Shown in pieces: positions 9,367-17,682 of a stretch of DNA of 64,000 bases (positions within the stretch are counted from its first letter, which is position 1; the number at the start of each line of letters is the position of its first letter). The position numbers and the translations under genes were made by a program. The notes under the pieces are model-generated. The model did not search any database, had not been told where the DNA came from, and saw nothing but the letters and a program-made list of their open reading frames with translations. Origin of the DNA: an archaeon. Lineage in GTDB: Archaea; Nanobdellota; Nanobdellia; Pacearchaeales; UBA284. The stretch covers positions 126,413 to 190,412 of the forward strand of contig CP070794.1 of assembly GCA_020343435.1 (NCBI GenBank), in the 5' to 3' direction.

Positions 9367-11377
9367 ATTAAAAAACATAAGAAGTTTTGAAGAACAAGAA
9401 TTCAGATTTCCGGAAGGAAGAGTCCTTTTATCAGGGGATATTGGATCAGGAAAATCCACAGTTCTTCTAGGATTAGAATTTGCATTATTTGGATTACAAA
9501 CAGGATTTATAGCAGGAAATGATCTTTTAAGAAAAGGTAAAGATTATGGAGAAGTAGAAGCAGAGTTTGAAATTGATGGAAAACCCATATTTATACAAAG
9601 AAGTCTAAAAAGGAAAAAGAGATCAGTTACTCAAGATAAAGGATTTCTACAAATAGAAGATAAAAAAGAACAATTAAGTCCAGAAGAAATCAAAGCAAGA
9701 GTATTAGAATTAATGAAATATCCAGCCAGTTTACTGAAATCTAAAAGTAATTTGCTGTACAGATTCACATTATATACCCCACAAGAACAAATGAGGTTTA
9801 TTTTACAAGGAAAATCTGATGAGAGACTAAATACATTAAGAAGAATTTTTGGAATTGATAAATATAAGAACATTCTAACAAATTTAGATGTTTTCTCCTC
9901 GAAAATAAAAGAAAAAATAAAACTATTAGATTTACAAATAGAATATTTAGAAAAAGATAAGGAAAAACTAAAAGAAAATCAAGAGAAAATAGATCAAGAG
10001 AAACTAAAAATAGAAAAAATCAAACCATTAATAGAGTTAGTTAATAGAGATATAAAAAGAAAAGAAGAATTATCAGAACAAATAGAAGAAAAAATAAAGA
10101 AAATCAACCAATTAAAAACAGAAAATGCTTCTTTCAAAGCTGAACAATCCTCAACATTAAGACATTTAGAAGATATTAAGAAACAGATAGAAAATATTCA
10201 AGATCAAGAAGAAATAAAAATAGAAGATAAGAACTACCAACAAGAATTAGAAAAAATAAGTAAGGAACTAGAAGCATTATCTCAAAAATCAAAAGAATTA
10301 TTACTAAAAAAAGTTGAGAATAAAACTAAAAGAGAAGATTTCAAAGAAACTCATGAAAAAATCTCTTCTTTAAACATATGCCCAACATGTAAACAGCAAG
10401 TATCTGAAGATTATAAACAAAGATTTGGAGAGGATATCAAATTAAAAATAGAGGCTATAGCAAAAAACATTCAAAACCTAGATTCTCAAGAATTTGAAAT
10501 AAACACTAAAATAGAAAATATGAAATTAGATTTAAATAAATTAAGAGAAGAGGAAAAGAAAAATGCTGTAATAAAAGAAAAAGCTAAGTTCATAGAGGAA
10601 CAAAGGAAAAGAAAAACTAAACTTTTAGAAAATATGAATGAAATAACAAAAAGACAAGAGGATATTCTAAAGAACTTAAAAGAAAATGAAGAACAACTAA
10701 ACAAATTCTCAGATGTAGAACAAGCATATGAAGTTCTAAAACAAGAATTATCATCGTTAAAACAACAAGAAAGAGATTTTGCAATAGAAAAAGGAAGAGT
10801 TGAAAAAGAAATAGAATCTCTAACTAAAAGAATTGAAGAAATTAATAAAGAAATAATAAAAAAAGAAAAAATATACGATAGATCTAAAGAATTAAGAAAA
10901 ACAAATGAATGGATTTTAGATCATTTAACTCCTTTAATCTTAAAAATTGAAAAAAATGTTATGTTAGCAGTAAATATAGAGTTCAATAAGATGTTTAGTT
11001 CATGGTTCTCAATGTTAGCAGAGAACTTAACAGCTAGAATCAGTGAAGATTTTACACCAATAATAGAACAACAGGGTTATGAGATAAGTTATGAGGCATT
11101 AAGTGGAGGAGAAAGAACTGCAGCAGCACTAGCTTATAGATTAGCTCTAAATCAAATAATAAACAGTTTAATGTCCAAATTATCAACAAAAGGAATTCTT
11201 ATATTGGATGAACCAACAGATGGATTCTCGTCAGAACAGTTAGATAAAATGAAAGATATTCTTAACCAAATTGAAGTAAATCAATTATTATTAGTAAGCC
11301 ATGAAACTAAGATAGAGGATTTTGTTGAAAATATAATAAAATTCAGAAAAGAAAACGGAACTAGTTATATAAATTGA
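9347..11377 (+). CDS. rad50: DNA repair ATPase Rad50 (SMC-like)
   Basis: Walker A LSGDIGSGKST; long coiled coil; zinc-hook CPTC at nt 10379-10390; C-terminal signature LSGGERTAAALAYRLAL and Walker B ILILDEPT. Confidence 0.9.
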   Translation: MKLKKIRLKNIRSFEEQEFRFPEGRVLLSGDIGSGKSTVLLGLEFALFGLQTGFIAGNDLLRKGKDYGEVEAEFEIDGKPIFIQRSLKRKKRSVTQDKGFLQIEDKKEQLSPEEIKARVLELMKYPASLLKSKSNLLYRFTLYTPQEQMRFILQGKSDERLNTLRRIFGIDKYKNILTNLDVFSSKIKEKIKLLDLQIEYLEKDKEKLKENQEKIDQEKLKIEKIKPLIELVNRDIKRKEELSEQIEEKIKKINQLKTENASFKAEQSSTLRHLEDIKKQIENIQDQEEIKIEDKNYQQELEKISKELEALSQKSKELLLKKVENKTKREDFKETHEKISSLNICPTCKQQVSEDYKQRFGEDIKLKIEAIAKNIQNLDSQEFEINTKIENMKLDLNKLREEEKKNAVIKEKAKFIEEQRKRKTKLLENMNEITKRQEDILKNLKENEEQLNKFSDVEQAYEVLKQELSSLKQQERDFAIEKGRVEKEIESLTKRIEEINKEIIKKEKIYDRSKELRKTNEWILDHLTPLILKIEKNVMLAVNIEFNKMFSSWFSMLAENLTARISEDFTPIIEQQGYEISYEALSGGERTAAALAYRLALNQIINSLMSKLSTKGILILDEPTDGFSSEQLDKMKDILNQIEVNQLLLVSHETKIEDFVENIIKFRKENGTSYIN

Positions 11378-12444
11378 AGACAAGCTCCAGATGCTGGGGG
11401 AATATGATAAGTTTCATTAGCTTCTACAAAAGTCATCTCAAGCCAAGAAGGAACTTTATTTGTTGCATCTACAATTTTAACCTCCGAATCCTCAGAACTA
11501 AAGTAAGAATGATCAACAAGACTTTTACCAGGCATTAAAGTACGCCCAACTTTAACCCCATGTATTATGCTCTCAATACCAGATTCTGTATCTTGAGCAT
11601 CAAACTGGCCTTTTAATCTACTTAGATAATTTGGGGCATTGGGACTATATGCATAAAATGAACTAGTATAATCAGGTTCCTGAGCACCATCTGCCCATGT
11701 TCTTTCTAAATGCATGCTTAAATTAGTTCCATTACAAGTTCCAGTACTATTATTAACAAAAGATGTATATGGTGTTCTTTTGATTAAACTAACAACATCT
11801 CTTCCAAATTCTCTGGTATAGAAAGGATCTTCTAAATTATATAATGGAATTTTTCCTTCTACAACAGCATATCTGTCCCATACAGCATTAAGTTCATCAT
11901 CTTCAATAACATAGTGAAGAGTAACATTCATATCAATTGCCCATGGAGTAGATTGACCTATGCTCACCCCAATATCATCTATATCTAAATCCCGGAATTC
12001 TAAATTAATCCCTTGTTTACTTGCTCTATCTATGATACTCCCCTGCCAATCCGCTAGAGTCATCCCTTCTAGAAATCTGGAGCCATCATAACCTTCAATA
12101 ATAAGTTCTCCATTGATAAAAGCATCTTTAAAAACCACATCATAGTCCACACTCAAAGGGATATAATCCTCTGCTGAAGAAATATAATCTAATAATCCTA
12201 AAACAGTCCTATATCCTGAAATATAAATTGCTCTTTCAGCATCTTTTTCTACAGACTCTACAAAACTATTTGTGGTTAGAACTCTGGTTCTAATTGATTC
12301 TTTAGTATACTCTCTTCTGTAAGAAAAAGAAACTAATAATAATAGAGTTATAAGAAAAAGAACTGTTAAAGTAAAGAAAAATGCTTTTTTATTTTTCATA
12401 AATTTTTTATTTTTCATTTTATCTCCAAGCCATTGTTTTTGCAA
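11365..12444 (-). CDS. Pilin-like protein with class III signal peptide (KKA|FFFTLTVLFLITLLLL), 359 aa
   Basis: The N-terminus resembles the FFTLDALFA motif of the upstream adhesin. It overlaps the 1239-aa gene, so it is the last gene of the pilin operon. Confidence 0.5.
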   Translation of the reverse strand: MQKQWLGDKMKNKKFMKNKKAFFFTLTVLFLITLLLLVSFSYRREYTKESIRTRVLTTNSFVESVEKDAERAIYISGYRTVLGLLDYISSAEDYIPLSVDYDVVFKDAFINGELIIEGYDGSRFLEGMTLADWQGSIIDRASKQGINLEFRDLDIDDIGVSIGQSTPWAIDMNVTLHYVIEDDELNAVWDRYAVVEGKIPLYNLEDPFYTREFGRDVVSLIKRTPYTSFVNNSTGTCNGTNLSMHLERTWADGAQEPDYTSSFYAYSPNAPNYLSRLKGQFDAQDTESGIESIIHGVKVGRTLMPGKSLVDHSYFSSEDSEVKIVDATNKVPSWLEMTFVEANETYHIPPASGACLQFI

Positions 12445-15400
12445 TGGTGAAATGTAAAAAAGGAATTCCTGGAACTAAAACAGCATTAATTCCTAACTCT
12501 GTATTGAATTGGATGTCAGACATATTATTCTTAGGATTCTGATCAAGAATGTCATTTAAAAGGTTAAAAACTGCGACATCATAAGCTTCATCTTCATCAT
12601 ATTTTATGTTTGGAGGCCCCAAAGTTTTTGAAAAAGTACAGGTCTCTGTAGGATTTGTACCTGCAGGAACTGCTAATTCAAAAGTTCCTCCAGGAAGATC
12701 AGGATTTGAAGGATCTTGATATTGGATAGTCCATATACAACCCTCTCCAACCTTATTTACAGCCCCGCTATATGAAAAAGTTGGAGGAATAAATAATGTA
12801 TAAATTATCTTACTTGAATCATCTGGAGGAGTTTCATTATATGAACTATTTGTTCCAAAAACTAAACCAACTTCATTTACAGTGGGCCCTTTTGAAATTC
12901 TTTCTACAGGAATATTAATTGTGAAAGGATCTCCTAATGTGATATATGTTTCATTCCATTTAGTTAAATTAAAGAAAGTTAAGTTATGTGTTGTGTTTTG
13001 TATAAAAGATTCTCTGCTCCATAAGTCTCCAGAATAGGAGATAACTGATGCTTCAAAAGGATCTCCAGTTGCAAAAGTAAAACTATCCATCCCTCCTGAG
13101 AAACCATCTGTTTCATAACTTATAAGATCCCCAAAAAGAGAGTTTCCATCAGTATCCCAACCATTATCCTCAAAATCATAACCAAAAGTTACTGTACCAT
13201 TACTAAGATTAGATTTTGCACTTCCTATTACAATGATAACTGATTGATTAGCATAAGTAAGTCTCAAGATTTCTTGTGCCCACTCTCTAAAAATTATCCT
13301 TAGTTCTGAAGCATTATTACTCAAGAAATAATCTCCCTCTCCTTCTTCAGCAATTCTCATCATTAAATCTTGAGCAATAGGACAGAAGGCTATTGGACCA
13401 AATCCAACAGCATATATTGTTGCATTAGCTGTGTTATGGCCCCTAGTTGCTTCACTTATAGATTGATCTATTGACTTTTGATTTACCCAGTCCCCACATA
13501 TCATTAACCAAGAAGAAGCTGAAGAAGAGTAATAATGACTATAAAATCCTTGGGTGTGAGAATTTGTAATTCCTGAAATAATGTACCATTTATTCTCTAT
13601 TAAATTATAAGCTAAATCTGGTGAAGGCCCTTGTCCTCCAGGAGCATCACTTAAATCTAAACCAAAAGCAATAGTATCAGTTCTTGTCCAACCTGTTCCA
13701 TTCCAGAAGAAACCATAATAATCACTACCACTAGATCCAGTAACTAATTCCCATTCTCCTGTACCAGTAATATTAAATCCAGTTGTTGGAGCACTATTAG
13801 TTCCAATATCTCCTGGAGGGGCTAAAGAATCGTCTCTTTCCCAACCTGTTCCATTCCAGAAGAAACTAGCAAAAGAACCATCATCCATCCCAGAAATAAG
13901 CACCCATTTTCCATTACCTGTAAGATTAAAAACAACAGTGGGATCAGCTTGAGTCCTTGAGGCTATAGTTAAACCACCAACCAAGGTAGAATTTGAAACC
14001 CAACTATCACCATCCCAAGAAAATCCTGCAAAACTACCGTTATACAAACCAAAGATCAAATCATGTTTATTAGTCCCAGAAAATTCATATAATAATTCTG
14101 GGGCAGGGTAAGTATTTGAACCTAAGTTAGACAAACCACTTATAACAGATGGTGTAAGGACCCATCTTAATCCATTCCACTCATGACCATAAACATTACC
14201 TGCTTTATCTCCTACAACCAGATTCCACTTTCCATTTCCTCTTAAGTCATAAGTAACAGCAACTTTTGCAGATTGGCCACTTGTTATCTGAGCAACACGA
14301 TCATGACAACCAACACCACAATCAACCCCCTCACAAAAATCATCATCGGGACATCTCTCAGAAATACATCCTGGATCAACACGATCAATATCTGTTTCAT
14401 TACAATGAACATTTGTTAAACCATCTGCTAAAACTAAAATAAAACTTGGTCTATCTTGTTCTTCAGGAGGTCTTGCTTCCAACATCAATCTTGCTTTTCT
14501 CAAACCTGCACAAACAGGAGTATCCCCACCAGTTGCATAACCATTAAGATCACTTACAAGAGTTACATTATTATTAGTGAGTCCTGTAGAATACTGGATA
14601 ACGTTTGGAGTTGTTGCTCCCCCTGGAGTTGAACCAGGTCTTGCGCTATATCCAACCAGTCCAACTCTATTCTCAGAATGTTCTAAAAGTATATTTAAGA
14701 ACTCTATAGCCAAACATTTTGCAACATTTAATCTCCTTCTTCCTGGAAGAAAGATTGGATTATCAGGATCTGAAAGATTGCCACACGCTATATTTTGATC
14801 TCCATTTTTATAGTCTTTGTCCATCCTCCATATCATACTACCAGAAACATCCATAACAACAATTACGTCTGCTGGTCCCCTGCCCCCAATTTGTGCTTCT
14901 ATTTCTTCTATTCCCACTCTAAAAGGAACATTTTCTTTGCTAATATCTAAATAAGTTATACCTTGTTCTGATAAAAGTTTACTTGAGATAGTAGAATTAG
15001 TTATTTGTACAGAATTATATCCTTTTTTATTTCCCCTTTCATCTCTCCATACAGTAACATTTCCTATCTTTACAAAAGGAGTTGTATTCTCTTCCTGCTC
15101 ATATTCTAAATTAATAACCACGTTTGTTAAATTCCCAGGAATGTAGAAAGAATCATAGATATTCATAGATCCATTAATAAATGGAAGATATTTTGTTTCT
15201 GGTAACAAGTATGAAACGCTTCCAGTAGTATATTTTATTTTTAAGAAACCTCCAGCAATGTAAAGAGATCTATTATACGTTGTTGTATTAAATTTGATTT
15301 CATTAATCCCCCCATTAAAATAAGGGTCAATAGGATCTGGAAATTGCCCCCCATCTAAAGAGATAGGACAATGTTTACATGTAGATGGAGAAAAGGTTTC

Positions 15401-16138
15401 AGGGAACAAACGATCATTTACAGATATTTGAAAAGTGTCTCCCATGATCACTCCCTCAAAAGATAAAGAAGTTACATTGATATCCAAAGGTAAATCAAAT
15501 CTTTGAGTTATGTTTCCATCTCCAACATATCCCCCAAAATAAACATATTTTGTTTTCTCTGGTCTATAAAGATAAGCTCTTGAAGAATAACCTTTAACAG
15601 GTTGTTCATAAGCAATCCCACTCATATGTTTTTTAGCAGCAACTACATCTCTTGAATTTGCAAAAGGAATATTGCTTTTAGACCATATTTCAATTAAAAC
15701 AGTTCCAGAAGGGTCTGGAGCTTCAAAATAAAGACCAATATTGTCTTCTTCTGTTGTTATGCTATCAAAAAAACTTTCAGTGATCTCTCCACTAATATTA
15801 TTTGCAGGGGTTTGACCATAATGGGTCGCCCAAATTTTACCAATTGTATCTATTAGATTATCTTTATCTTCCAAAATCTCTATTCGAACAGAATTATTTA
15901 ATTGAGAAATGTTTCCATTTATTAAAGAATTGTTTATACTTACTGTATTGAGATTTGAGAGAAGAGTCAACATATCTTCTTGTAAATAAGAGGTTCTATG
16001 TTTTTCAGGAACATCTCCAACATATGCAAAAGGAACTAAGATAATCACAGATAACAAGATTACCAAAGCAAAAAGAGCATCCAGAGTAAAAAAATACCCC
16101 CTCTTTTGTTTTAGTTTTTTCATTTTAAGCTTTTTCAA
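12419..16138 (-). CDS. Giant pilin-anchored adhesin with class III signal peptide, a vWA domain carrying a complete MIDAS, and FG-GAP-like beta-propeller repeats (integrin-like)
   Basis: N-terminus KRG|YFFTLDALFALVILLSVIIL. vWA: ADVIVVMDVSGSM (DxSxS), ..GGDT.., ..LVLADGLTN... Four repeats of G(N/D)GKW.L..G...G.F..F.WNGTGW (aa about 630-830). Many N-x-S/T sequons. Confidence 0.7.
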   Translation of the reverse strand: MKKLKMKKLKQKRGYFFTLDALFALVILLSVIILVPFAYVGDVPEKHRTSYLQEDMLTLLSNLNTVSINNSLINGNISQLNNSVRIEILEDKDNLIDTIGKIWATHYGQTPANNISGEITESFFDSITTEEDNIGLYFEAPDPSGTVLIEIWSKSNIPFANSRDVVAAKKHMSGIAYEQPVKGYSSRAYLYRPEKTKYVYFGGYVGDGNITQRFDLPLDINVTSLSFEGVIMGDTFQISVNDRLFPETFSPSTCKHCPISLDGGQFPDPIDPYFNGGINEIKFNTTTYNRSLYIAGGFLKIKYTTGSVSYLLPETKYLPFINGSMNIYDSFYIPGNLTNVVINLEYEQEENTTPFVKIGNVTVWRDERGNKKGYNSVQITNSTISSKLLSEQGITYLDISKENVPFRVGIEEIEAQIGGRGPADVIVVMDVSGSMIWRMDKDYKNGDQNIACGNLSDPDNPIFLPGRRRLNVAKCLAIEFLNILLEHSENRVGLVGYSARPGSTPGGATTPNVIQYSTGLTNNNVTLVSDLNGYATGGDTPVCAGLRKARLMLEARPPEEQDRPSFILVLADGLTNVHCNETDIDRVDPGCISERCPDDDFCEGVDCGVGCHDRVAQITSGQSAKVAVTYDLRGNGKWNLVVGDKAGNVYGHEWNGLRWVLTPSVISGLSNLGSNTYPAPELLYEFSGTNKHDLIFGLYNGSFAGFSWDGDSWVSNSTLVGGLTIASRTQADPTVVFNLTGNGKWVLISGMDDGSFASFFWNGTGWERDDSLAPPGDIGTNSAPTTGFNITGTGEWELVTGSSGSDYYGFFWNGTGWTRTDTIAFGLDLSDAPGGQGPSPDLAYNLIENKWYIISGITNSHTQGFYSHYYSSSASSWLMICGDWVNQKSIDQSISEATRGHNTANATIYAVGFGPIAFCPIAQDLMMRIAEEGEGDYFLSNNASELRIIFREWAQEILRLTYANQSVIIVIGSAKSNLSNGTVTFGYDFEDNGWDTDGNSLFGDLISYETDGFSGGMDSFTFATGDPFEASVISYSGDLWSRESFIQNTTHNLTFFNLTKWNETYITLGDPFTINIPVERISKGPTVNEVGLVFGTNSSYNETPPDDSSKIIYTLFIPPTFSYSGAVNKVGEGCIWTIQYQDPSNPDLPGGTFELAVPAGTNPTETCTFSKTLGPPNIKYDEDEAYDVAVFNLLNDILDQNPKNNMSDIQFNTELGINAVLVPGIPFLHFTIAKTMAWR

Positions 16139-16718
16139 AAGACCATAAATAAATAACCATCCTTAAAGGAATGGTAATGTTACTTTCATTCTTATAAGCA
16201 ACTAAACGTTCTATTTTAACAAGTTGTGTTGGATTCTTACCTTGTATTGTATTTCCTGCTCCAGAACAACCCCCAGGATCTGGAATTAATCTTGGAACCG
16301 GGGGGTCACTATAAAAATCCTCCATATTATCAAAAAATTGTATGAAAAAAGATGATTGGGTTCCAAACTTTTCTTTAACACCTGAATAATAGTTTTCGCT
16401 CCAATCACAAAATTTTGTCCATTTCGCTGGATCCAATGTATTATCAGTAATTAATCCAAATTGATAAATATCTTCAAGGTTCTCTGGACTAAGCGTAATT
16501 TCTTCCCATCCTGGAGGGGTCCCATTAATTAATAGAGAATTTGATATATATCTTCCTTCTCTCACCATCCTACTAACAATGTTTTGTTCAGGAACAAAAC
16601 TTACAGAATAACGATAGAAAAGAAAAATAATCATAACAAAAACCATTAGACCAATAGCTAAGTCAAGAGCCCAAACTTGAGCTTTTTTATTTTTTCTTGA
16701 GAGATTTAAGTTTGGCAA
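16125..16718 (-). CDS. Pilin-like protein (class III signal peptide KKA|QVWALDLAIGLMVFVMIIF)
   Basis: 197 aa; basic N-terminus, small residue, then Q and a hydrophobic helix. It overlaps neighbours on both sides. Confidence 0.5.
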   Translation of the reverse strand: MPNLNLSRKNKKAQVWALDLAIGLMVFVMIIFLFYRYSVSFVPEQNIVSRMVREGRYISNSLLINGTPPGWEEITLSPENLEDIYQFGLITDNTLDPAKWTKFCDWSENYYSGVKEKFGTQSSFFIQFFDNMEDFYSDPPVPRLIPDPGGCSGAGNTIQGKNPTQLVKIERLVAYKNESNITIPLRMVIYLWSFEKA

Positions 16719-17140
16719 TCTAATTTTAATTCCTCCTGTTCTCCAGCTTCTCTAATCTTTTCTATAGTAACTGTTCCCCCTGGAATAAGAGGTTCCACAT
16801 CATTAATATAAGGTGTTCCTCTCGACGCTGTGAATTTAGTTTCACTCCCTCTTAAAGTTTTAACTACAAAACCATATCCAGAATCAGACATTAAGATAGA
16901 ATACTCTTTTCCAGTAATTTTTTTAGGTAATGTAAACTCTCTAGAATAATTTGGAGGGGATCCCGAAGCTAAAGTTATTTCTTGTTGTAGAAAATTTGCA
17001 AAATCATTTAAAGATTCTTGTTCATTTTTCTCTCTTGCTAAAGAAGTATTAAAATTAGCTGAAGCAATCATTATTACTACTAAAAAAATAACTGCTGAGA
17101 CTAATAATGTGAATTCAATTGTTACTTGTCCTTTTTTCAT
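16706..17140 (-). CDS. Type IV pilin (archaeal, Q-x-S/T-x-E-F class; KKG|QVTIEFTLLVSAVIFLVV)
   Basis: The QxTxEF motif after KG is characteristic of EppA/PibD-processed archaeal pilins (DUF361-like). 144 aa. Confidence 0.65.
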   Translation of the reverse strand: MKKGQVTIEFTLLVSAVIFLVVIMIASANFNTSLAREKNEQESLNDFANFLQQEITLASGSPPNYSREFTLPKKITGKEYSILMSDSGYGFVVKTLRGSETKFTASRGTPYINDVEPLIPGGTVTIEKIREAGEQEELKLDCQT

Positions 17141-17141
17141 T

Positions 17142-17600
17142 TTATTGATTTGTTTTGGTTACCTCAACATAAATCCCATTAGAATCATTCTTTGCTTCCA
17201 AAGTCAGAGTCTTAAAACCTGCCTTAGATAAACTGGTTTGGACACCCCCTCCATCCTCTATTCTTCCTTGAGTATCATAAATCATATCTGATCTCGCTGT
17301 TCCTTTGATAGTAACTTTAAAATGGATGCCAAAAGGGGAAGTATCTAGAAACTCTACACTATAAACGCTCTCAGGAATAGTTACTTGAATTGTTGCCTTA
17401 GAAGGAGGACCTAAAAAGTAAATTGAATCGGCAGCTTCAGCAATTTTTTTTCCAGCTTTATCAACAGTATTGACTTTTATTTGAGTTTTTGCTGTTCCAG
17501 AATAATAGTAAGCGATACCTATTATGGCTATTAAAAGGAAAGTAATAAAACCAATAAGTAAAGCGAACTCTACACTTACCTGACCTCTTTTTTTTCTCAT
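17142..17600 (-). CDS. Type IV pilin (archaeal; RG|QVSVEFALLIGFITFLLIAII), probable major pilin
   Basis: Canonical class III signal peptide with Q+1, S+3, E+5, F+6. It is the first gene of the operon and 152 aa long. Confidence 0.7.
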   Translation of the reverse strand: MRKKRGQVSVEFALLIGFITFLLIAIIGIAYYYSGTAKTQIKVNTVDKAGKKIAEAADSIYFLGPPSKATIQVTIPESVYSVEFLDTSPFGIHFKVTIKGTARSDMIYDTQGRIEDGGGVQTSLSKAGFKTLTLEAKNDSNGIYVEVTKTNQ

Positions 17601-17682
17601 AATTTCAAAGTAAGGTTTATAAAATACCTTTTCTTTTTAAACTGTGTAAAAAAAGAGGCTGTGATTTATAAATCTTACTAGA
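17601..17682. promoter_or_regulatory. Divergent promoter region between the pilin operon (-) and the pilus-assembly operon (+), with TATA-like boxes
   Basis: ggtttataaaa (about 17615-17626) and gatttataaatc (about 17655-17666), each about 25-30 bp from the respective start codon. These are AT-rich BRE/TATA-like elements. Confidence 0.35.
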
